From: Lingula anatina
Taxonomy: Eukaryota > Animalia > Brachiopoda
DNA length: 64,000 bases
Assembly (NCBI GenBank): GCA_051362555.1
Contig: CM120641.1
Location: forward strand, 42,476,401-42,540,400
Direction: 5' to 3'
This document shows positions 54,415 to 64,000 of this stretch, piece after piece; the first letter of the stretch is position 1; the number at the start of each line of letters is the position of its first letter. Under the pieces are notes generated by a model. That model had not been told where the DNA came from and did no database searches. It saw only the letters and a list, made by a program, of their open reading frames with translations. The position numbers were made by a program, and so were the translations under genes.

Positions 54415-56966
54415 CTACACAAAACTGCCAGATAGGAAGATGGGCATGTGAAGGCCTTTAGAGGAACTAAGTCCTGAACTGTCAGGAAATGGCCAGAATT
54501 ATTGAAGGAGGGGCTGGCACGGAAGGACTAGAAGCTGAGGATAGAAACAATCTCCAGTCATACATAATGATTGGTCACATACATGATTTATGACATCTTT
54601 CCTGAGGTGTTATACAATTATGACCCATTGACTTCCTCTTTCTGTATGTATTCAGAAATCGGGTGGCACAATTTGAATCTGTTTCCAATTTAATGTGGCT
54701 CTGTTGACTGATTTGTGGAAAAACTTGCCTTTGATATTGAAACATCACATGGTCTACTCCATTTTTTTTTCAGTTAAAAAATTTTTCAGTTACATGCCTA
54801 TGAAAACCATAGGGTCACATGATATTTCTGTAATCACTTGATGTACTGCAAAGAAAATTAAATTTAATGGAGAATTTATACTACACTAATGGATTTTGTA
54901 ACAAGATCTCTGTGATGTTCACAGATCTTCACAACTTAATGTGGGTTTGTTGGACCCCCCACCCCCCTCGGCATTCCTATATTTAATGAAATTGAGTAAA
55001 ATTTGTATTCAGTATAAATTAATTTAATTTTGGGAAGTTGGTTAATAGAAAACAGCTGATAATGTTTGTGATACATGTTAAAGAAGAGGTTTGTTTAATT
55101 GGTAGATAAATGTAGAAAAAAGTAACCTTTTTGTTATAAGATTTTATAGTCAAGATTGATTTGTAATGCATTTAAACAAGTGCATTTTGTTGCAAATATT
55201 GCCGTCGCCAGGAAAAAGCTAAATGTTATTAAACTGTGTTGTCTTCCAAAATTTGTGCTAAAGGACCACTTCTATTTTTGCATTTACACTTATTACTACA
55301 TTTTATGAAATAACCATGATGGAAACTAGATTTAAGTTCTGTTGCAGTTTAAGTGAGATTTCCATTGGCACTTTAATGATTGATACTGATATATAGATTA
55401 ATATATGTAATGTATATGTCCACAAAAAATGTATTAACTGTGCATTGACTCATAAATGAATTGTATACTCTTTTTTTAATGCAAATATGGTACTTTATGA
55501 ATAATTTACCCATTGATCTAATTTATTTATCTATTTTTTATTTTTTTTCTGTAAATTTTTCACATGAATAAACTATTAAGCATTGTGATCAAATTGGATT
55601 GGGTTTGATGCCTACCTAGAGCATGTGAAGTAGTTGGATGCTTGTTTTGAATATATCCATAAATGGCAGAGGATGCATATACCTATTGTGTTGATTACCA
55701 CACCCCACATTCTATTTAATACTAGTACTCCCATGAATTGATTGGGGGAGAGTTGGAGTAGTCTGGTCTGTTACTTAGCCAATAATAAGAAAGGGCGTGG
55801 CATAGTTGGGCCTAGGAGTCGTTTCCTCTGTCCTATTATTTACCAAACTGATTATTTTAATGGGCAACTGGAAAGTTCTTGATTCAATAATCAAAACATA
55901 ACGAAAGGCAATTTAACCTTTAAGAAATAATCTACTCGGCATGCATGTACATCTCATTTTGACTGAAGAATATCACCTATCAACTTGTGGGTCGCCCTTC
56001 CCTAGTGCATTACATTTTAACCTAAACGGAAAGCAGGGGTTTTTAATGCATCCACACAATAGTGCATGTGGTTACATGGTTGTTTATTCAAATAAAGAAA
56101 GGTTTATATAGGGCCGCCGTGGATCTATAATCACAATAAATGCTAGCCTCGTTTTACTATAATAGTTCCTAGATTTATCATAAAACGAAATACGACAACT
56201 TTGGTTACTCATAAATTTATTAGTTGTGGAACAATTAATTTATTTGCACTTTTAGATATTATAGATTTTTCAGGAACTTATATTGTGAGGCATTTTATAG
56301 GGGCGGTTATTTGTAAATAACGTACCATTTATTTTGATTCCATGTGAAAAATATGAAAACTCAGTTGAGCTCACTTAAGTTTCTGAGATACATCATATTT
56401 TAATGAATTGTAACTTGCGGGCCACTTAACGCTAAGTTACTTGTCCAGCAAGCAAGACAACGGCTATGATACGTTTTTCAGAGATCAACTATAAACTGAC
56501 TGATCTATGCATTTATTTCTCAGGCTGAGAGATCTGGGGTCTCCTAAGACAGCACGGGCAATCCAGCTATCGATTTGACTGACCAAACTAAATCTCTGCT
56601 GAGCTCTGATCTCTGATGACAATATTCCCTCTATGTATACTGATACACAGGAACAAGTACATACATACATTACACAGTAGGACACATACTGTCGAAAAGC
56701 GGTGTACTTCGGCACGTCATGATTGTCCATTTGCTACGTCCGCGCAACAAAATAGCTCGAGAATGGCGACTCATTGAAAATGAGTACGTTGCACGTAAAT
56801 CTGTATTGCAAAAAATCTACCGTGGCTTGAACTTTTATATTTTAGAAAGTGAATAAGCATTCGTTCTTCTGTCGAAAAAGAGCATTGTTTTAACAATAAA
56901 CCGTCAAGAATTCTTACCACCGCGTCCTGAATACAGAGGACGGAATTTTTTACAAAACCAAAAACG

Positions 56967-57334
56967 CATATGCCTAGGGAGGGACTATAATGCGAGAAAT
57001 TTGTTTACAAATATAAAATTCGCTTAAATTGAGAAAAATGATTGCTAACGTATCAAGGTTTTCAATTTTTAAAGGAAAATCCCGCACACTCTTCGGTTTG
57101 TCAGTCTCAGCGGAAATTTACTCCCGCGCAAAACCATATGCCTAGGGAGGGACTATAATGCGAGAAATTTGTTTACAAATATAAAATTCGCTTAAATTGA
57201 GAAAAATGATTGCTAACGTATCAAGGTTTTCAATTTTTAAAGGAAAATCCCGCACACTCTTTGGTTTGTCAGTCTCGACCGAAAATCTGGGAAGTTGTCA
57301 AAATCAGCGGAAATTTACTCCCGCGCAAAACCAT
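56967..57334 (+). repeat. Near-identical tandem duplication, period 168 bp
   Basis: catatgcctagggagggactataatgcgag... starts at 56967 and 57135. The second copy carries an extra segment of roughly 30 bp (gaccgaaaatctgggaagttgtcaaaatc). Confidence 0.9.
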
Positions 57335-57958
57335 CGAATAAAATACCCATTTTTGCCGTCTTTCAAGCAAATAAACACCTTTATTCACTCTAAAAAGTTT
57401 CAAACTAACCTCAAATTTCACATAAGGTGCTATGATCCACACTTTTCTCCTAAGCAGCAGACTACTGACCTTGAACTGGTTTGATTCGTAAATATCATGT
57501 GCCAGAAGTCATATGTGACATGCGGATTGGGCCTTCAAATTATGCATTTCTTTAGTCCAGTGTGATCACAAATAAGGTTTTCAGTTTATTAGGGCAATGA
57601 TTGCATGAAATAATAAAAATACAACTTAAATTTAATGCCGAAGAACCAATTTTGCCTCTCGTTTTGCGGGAGTTTGTCTGACCTATTTTCATTGGAAATC
57701 CCGCAATTTTATCACGAGGGTGGACAGGTGGAGTGAATTGTGCGGCCAGTTTCGAATTGCACCAAAACTTGCTGAAATTTGTGACCCACACATGTAAACC
57801 ATATATGAAGATTATAATGAGGTAGGTATAGATTTTCAACAGAATTCAGAAGTTATACTTTATACGAAAAAAATTGTATGCCTTCCCCCCAACTTCAAGA
57901 TCATGTACGGTATATAGTACATTCGGATATGTCCAAGTTGTAAGTTATAGTATACAAT

Positions 57959-57978
57959 CAAGGAGTTATAACTCCTTG
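57959..57978. repeat. Perfect 20-bp palindrome with flanking direct repeat
   Basis: atacaat-caaggagttataactccttg-atacaat. Confidence 0.7.
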
Positions 57979-60900
57979 ATACAATGTATCATACATGTAG
58001 TTTTGTTAATAGGGGATGTTGTTCATTCTGCACTGTGTGACCTACCTCGACTCATTTACATCAGTTTAGTCAACAGATTTACTTAATTTTTGGCAAGTCT
58101 GAATAATGATACGAAAGCAGTTTACCAGCGCGAGCACCTGCCAAGATTCATTTGATAAGTATACGGGGTACGTGGTGTACATGTTTAATCTTCAATTATA
58201 CACTTCTAATTGTTATACAGCTATATCTCAAGTACATTCCACAATGCAAATCTACAGTAGAAAATTTTTGAGCATCATCATGTTAGTTCCCAGGAAAGCA
58301 TTATTATGTAATTCATAGTAAACTTTGTTGTAACGGTGCCTTATGTACCCCCGGTACCATTAACTATGTTGTGCTCGGTTGTGGTCTTCTGTAGTAAGTT
58401 TTGATACATGTTCTCAATTTATGTAAATGAAAATGTTTATCTTTAACCATGGTCTCTAATAATTTATGTTGTAGTGGTATTTTTTCATTGCAGGTGAAAA
58501 TGAAGAGTTTCATGCAAGTACTCAGTAACAGGGAAAGTGGGAGCTACATAATGTGAAAGTTATCATGATGATATCAATTAAGCAACCTTTGTTTATGTAT
58601 TTATTTCTATACCTCTATTGATAGAGATATGAAAGATATATTTACTGAGTATTTGGACAGTTCTAAAGCAACTAAAGGCATAGACTTGATAGTCACTGTA
58701 TTTTTCAATAAAAGTTGATAATTGCAGAAAACCAATAGCCCATGGTTTACCACTTAATTGTTGGCTTATAATATTCAAAGAGAAAGACAGCAAAGGAATG
58801 GAAAATGAAAAAGAAAAGAAGGGAAACAGACATTTTGCAGTTTAGTATACATTAATCATTAATCATTAATCATGTCCTCTCTAAGAATTCATGATTTTGT
58901 AAAAAACATGCAAAATTATAATTTTGTGATTAATGTTGAAAATGGCACTGTATCGTTAAATAATAATTTTAAACATTATGAGACATGATCACAATAAAGC
59001 TTAAATATGCTTTGTGACATTTTTCTTTTCATTTTCTTTCATATAGTAGAATTAGTATTCACTGTAACAAGAAAGTCCATGTGTTTTTAAACAGCCGGTT
59101 GTACTTGATAATAAATGCAAATTTAGTGCCCTGGTTATATACAATGTCATCAAATATTTTAATGCCTACAGAGAAGTTCTTTAGCATAAAACAATCAAAA
59201 ATTGCATTTATAAATTATATAACTGACAATGCAACACATGGTGTAGATTGTAACAGCATGATGCCTTGGGTTTAAAGGTGTATTTATAACTATCATCATG
59301 TTAATTTATTATTTTTTTCTACTATTATAACTTGCCAGATAAAATTGTTCAACATGTTTCAGTATGTTGTATATGTTGAATAAAGGATTTTAAAGAAATA
59401 TATGCTTATTAAAAATACTTATCTGCCAATTAAAATGAAGAAAACAATCCACTTATCTTATCAATGTCACATAAAACACAGATAACATTTAGAAATACAT
59501 ATATTAGCCAATTTAAGCTTGCACATTTACCACTGAAAATTTTGACCAGCTCCTTAGATATTGTTTTTGTACAAATATCAGTCGTAACATCGTAAAATGG
59601 GATTAGGACTAAACCTTATACAGACAGCAACATATATCAACATAAAAATAGAATTACCGACCATATTTAACACAAGTATTCGCCAAAGTGCAAATAGGTG
59701 AAAATGTAAACAAACATTCAGTTGGGCTCGTCTTGGCCGATGCATGACGTCAAATTCTGAATTTTACACTATCTTCCTACGAAAACAGCTGAGGCAATTG
59801 TTTACAAGGATAGATTTGAATAAAAATTTAGCCACACAATTATGGTTTTTAAACACATTATACAGGCTCTGGAATTTCCCGCACACTCTCTAGTTTGCAA
59901 ATTATAAGGAAAGTTACGATGTTGCCAAGGAAAAATGTCACCGCGACGTGTGAGTTTGGTGAACATAAACTCGGTCAAATCAAACATTTCAAAATAAAAT
60001 ATTACATGGGTATGAAGCTTAAATACCCAATTAATATAACATTTGACTGGAAGTATTAGATATTTACTTCTGCTGATAATATTGACATTTTTCGGTCAAA
60101 TTTCCACTGTTTCACAAAACGAACGCGACGTAACGTAATGGCGCGTGAAAAAACGACGTAAAAACCCTACGCCGTGACAGTATGTGTCCTACTGTTACAG
60201 TGATACCAATAGCAAGAGATATTGAAGCCAATTAACTGACTTAAAACATGAAAGTAGAGACCTTTAACATATTTAAACTGAGACCGTTTTAACTTTGACT
60301 AAGAGATGAAGCTATAAAGTTATTCAATCCTTTTAAAACTGAAAACATCCTTTAAAACTTGGTCACAGTGCTTTCCAATGCATAAAATACATTAACATAT
60401 CATTATAACTGAGACAATCTTTACCAAAAATCGATATAATTTTAATTAAATGTTCAAGTTTTTAAAATACAATTTGGTCATGAAATCAACACTATGACAC
60501 TACGTTTATTTCAATGTTGCAGATACACTGCAGTAATACAGCAGATTTCTTCTCACCTAGTAGAGGCAGAACCTTCTCTGCGTGAAAGTCTGCGAAATGC
60601 AGCCTGAGCGGCTTGTAGTTAAAACAAAAAGACATTACTCATTTTGACAGTTTGACGTACATTTTTTGTCTGCGACTATTATTAAAAATGATATTTAAAA
60701 AAAAACGTGGCACTCTCTGAACTAGGAAAAACTATTAAAAATGTACAAAACAGGATAAAGTCCAACTTTTGAAAACGGGACAACAAAACACACCACCAGG
60801 GAACCAAATTAAAAGTGACTTTTATCTTCCTGCGTTTAGCTTGTTATGTTTTACCAAGTCACAAGAGACTTTAAACTTTTAAAGGAAGTAAGAAGTGATT

Positions 60901-61182
60901 AAAAAGCTTTTACCATCTAGCTGTTTCTAGATTTAACTCCAAATTAAAAATTTTTAATCACCTTTTGATACACTGTATACATTTTACTTTCACATCTTAA
61001 ACTTCAGTTTTACGCAGTCATTACTAATTTTCTCACTTTTAAGAGCTCCGTCAGTATTTAAATTTCTGATATATATTTTGTTCAAACATGTATATAGTAA
61101 CTGAATATTTATCATTATTATTATTATTCGCTCAACCGAATAGAATTACATTCATTCACTTAACATATTTTAACACAAAGAG

Positions 61183-61230
<48 letters not shown>

Positions 61231-61304
61231 GAATAAAATTGTCTCGCCCAAAACAGTTTATGATGGTCACACTTTCACTTGTATCCAAATTTCTTTTCTA
61301 AATA

Positions 61305-63993
61305 TTAAACACTTGCACCACCAATACTTTGCACCGAAATGCAATCTTCATCATTCGTTTCTTCTCCAATCATTTCATTTTCATCTGTCCCAGCATAGGT
61401 GAGAAAATCATCTTCACACTCGGCATTGATGTCATTGGCAATCTGACTGAAAGTCTTACTCTGATTGTCGTCAAATACAGGTGGAATGAACATTATTGGT
61501 GGATCGGGTGAAATGTTAGCTGTGAGAGATAAATCTGGCGGGATGAGTTTCGGGGGATGTTGGCAAGGAATGGTAACATGTGGTCTTGCTTTTTGTTTAT
61601 CAACGCACGGGTTGCAGCCATCATGTGGAGAGTGGAAAGGTATAGATACTGGAAATGACACATTGTTAATAGCGGTGTAATTTGGTGTATTGTAAGTTTT
61701 TGCCGCAGAATCAACCAGTGGACGTTGGTCCCTATCGCACGATAATTGCTCGTTCGGTGTAGTCTTGGGGTTTCTCCTGGATGAAGACATATCTTCTTGT
61801 ACTGAGACAAAAGCGTCATCACCTTCAATACTGCCACTCAAGGTAAGAGACAAATCAGGCGAATCTTCGCCCTCTCCAGTGGACAAGGAGGCCAAGCCCG
61901 AGTCCAGACGACAATAACGTTCAACACTTCTCGGCGGTTTTAATTCAAACTCTTGATCATTAAACCAGTCTTTGTGGTCATTGAAAAAATCTGTCGCCTC
62001 TCGTATGGCGTTGTGGAGGTTCACACCTTCAGGATTTCCCATAGGGTCGGTAAAATAGTCGTCTCGATTTATCCTTTCGGCAGTACGTTTTACACCGTGA
62101 TCGTATTTCTCAATGCCATGGATGTGAAAGAACAAATCGTCAATATGGTCCATGAGCACAACATTGTTGTGCATGTCAGGAAGAGAGAAGGCGACGGGAG
62201 TGTAGGTGAATCTTACGTTGATGTATTTGCTGTAGTTGTGCTCTGTAAAGTACCGCTGGCGGAGCATGGAAAGACCGTGCATAAACATGTCTGACAAAGG
62301 ACTAGAATTCCCCAAGGAGTCAAAAGACCTTCCCTGGAGGTGTGCATTGAATCGTCTGAAGGAAAAAAATTATATGAAATATCACATTATGGTATTTTAT
62401 GATAAATAAACGTGTGCTTCACCCGTTTGGAACTAGACACCGACCGTTTCGCCAAGAATCTTCTGAAGGTTTTATCATGGCTCTAAAGTTCATTTTAATG
62501 ACGGTTGATGTATTTTTAAGTGCACCTCAACTAGAAATTGTGAACAGGATAAAGCCCAGTTAGCAGTCCAGGCCTAATGGTTTAACGTCGTTGTCACTGC
62601 CTTCCGATCAACATGTAGTTACATTTTTAAAAATGACAAAAGACTATACCTCAATATCAATCAAAGAAAGCGCACTGTTTTTAAACAGATAACATAACAT
62701 ATCAAATAGTGCACCTTTAACAAATTATTTGTGTCGACTTTCTTTCTTTTTTTTTTTTTTTTTTTTTTTGTTATCTGTAAAGTGTTTCGTCGCAAAGGAA
62801 ATAATACCTGTAAGCTCCCTCAGAGCTGACAACAAGGACGCATTCCGCTTTCTCGATGTTTTTGGACAACCAGGCCGTCTTTCCCTCGCTGAATATTTCG
62901 CGGCGACACCACCAATCCAGAATGACGTCACAGTAGCACGCGGCTTGCAGAAAGTTAGCGAAATTCAGCACTACCTTGGTATGTTTTGGATGCTCCTCGG
63001 AGAAAAGGATCAATACTCTCTTTTTTCTTGTCAACAAATTGTCCTCGTCGACTGGAGAAAAGTTTTTGAGGGTCTCTAAAAATACCAAGGATGAGGGATG
63101 ACCAGTAACGTTACGTGTATGAAAACGATACACAAATTATCTTACATATCATAAGCTTGATGTGTCCATTTTCTTGTTTTTGTCAGGCAAGAAAATACAG
63201 TAGGCATGCTCATGACTGAGGACATCTACTAAAGCATAGTGAAATCATTTGGTACATTTTTTTCTCTTGCGTCTGAAAACAAAGCATATTTGCTGCATGC
63301 CCGTGCCTTCTGAAATAAAGTAATTTCATTTCAGTTGGTCCGTTGATATAATCATTTCATAGAAAAAGTGAGGTAAGCCTACTCACGTCCTTTAGTCTCG
63401 AAGCTACTTGAATTATTAGTACCGTCTTGTCCTTCACTGCCTTGGTTGCAGCTTGAAAACTTTAAGATACGTCGGCCTACAAGTAAAAATGACAAATTAA
63501 TTTTAGTCGCATTTTGCGCCAATTGTTTGCATTAGAAAATTGACGAGGTTACATTCAGCTTACTGAAAGTGTGTAAGCACTTTTCAAATTTCGGTGTCAG
63601 GCCATCCATATTGTATGGCTGGGGCATTTATGTACTCCCAATGTATACAAGTCATTGATAAAAATGACAAATTTAATGTTTTACAACAGCCAAAATTTCA
63701 TTAAGCATCACAAAAATATTTTTAACATAACGATTTACGAGTGAAAGCGTAACGTATCGTTTAAAGTGCTCGTCTTTTATAAACAGGTTTTGAATTTCAC
63801 TCACGATTCATTCTTGAGCAGACGACAACCAAAACTAGTATTCCAAACAGTATTCCAGATAGTCCGATAATTATGGAAGCAATCATAACGGCCCCTGAAG
63901 GCCTACTGCCCACAGGCGTAGTCCTCCCCACAGTTGTAGTCCTTCTTCCCACTGTTGTAGTCCCTTTCTCCACTGGTGTCGTACCGGGACATT
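61305..63993 (-). CDS. Interleukin-17-receptor-like type I membrane protein with SEFIR domain; 5' part lies outside the window
   Basis: Exons 63993-63805 (Thr-rich stalk plus TM AVMIASIIIGLSGILFGILVLVVVC), 63476-63387, 63075-62808 and 62355-61305 are frame-consistent. SEFIR-like RVLILFSEEHPKHTKVVLNFANFLQ..CDVILDWW..WL..AECVLVVSSEG, DMFMHGL, KYINVRFTY, LMDHIDDLFFHIHG. Confidence 0.85.
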
Positions 63994-64000
63994 CTGTAAC

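Noticed and set aside
54331-54435. Short ORF MDRRDFLKQLAW...poly-Met resembling a twin-arginine signal
   Set aside because: It lies in the RDH 3' UTR, is 34 aa long, runs through a GAT microsatellite and has no passenger domain; most likely chance.

Overview
AT-rich, intron-containing animal DNA, probably a lophotrochozoan such as a mollusc (inferred from a four-domain galectin and Helentron-type repeats). Eight spliced genes were reconstructed by hand from GT-AG boundaries and frame continuity: GTPBP2 (-, runs off the left edge), PP1-beta (-), Nova (+), a PHYHIP-like gene (-), a quadruple-CRD galectin (+), an unrecognised 5-exon 235-aa gene (-), an RDH11/12/13-like SDR (+), and an IL-17-receptor-like SEFIR membrane protein (-, runs off the right edge). 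The 24-39 kb region is a nest of non-autonomous mobile elements. It holds three copies of a Helentron-associated (HINE-like) element with a ~161-bp core repeat, one inserted inside another. It also holds a 3.45-kb TA-flanked TIR element inserted in the same core repeat, a second short HINE family, and MITEs. Other leads are a dense YCAY cluster next to a polyA signal in the Nova 3' UTR, a possible R-S-E motif in the PHYHIP-like protein, a candidate truncating exon in the IL-17R-like gene, and tiny palindromic insertions. No CRISPR array, rRNA or intact tRNA was seen.
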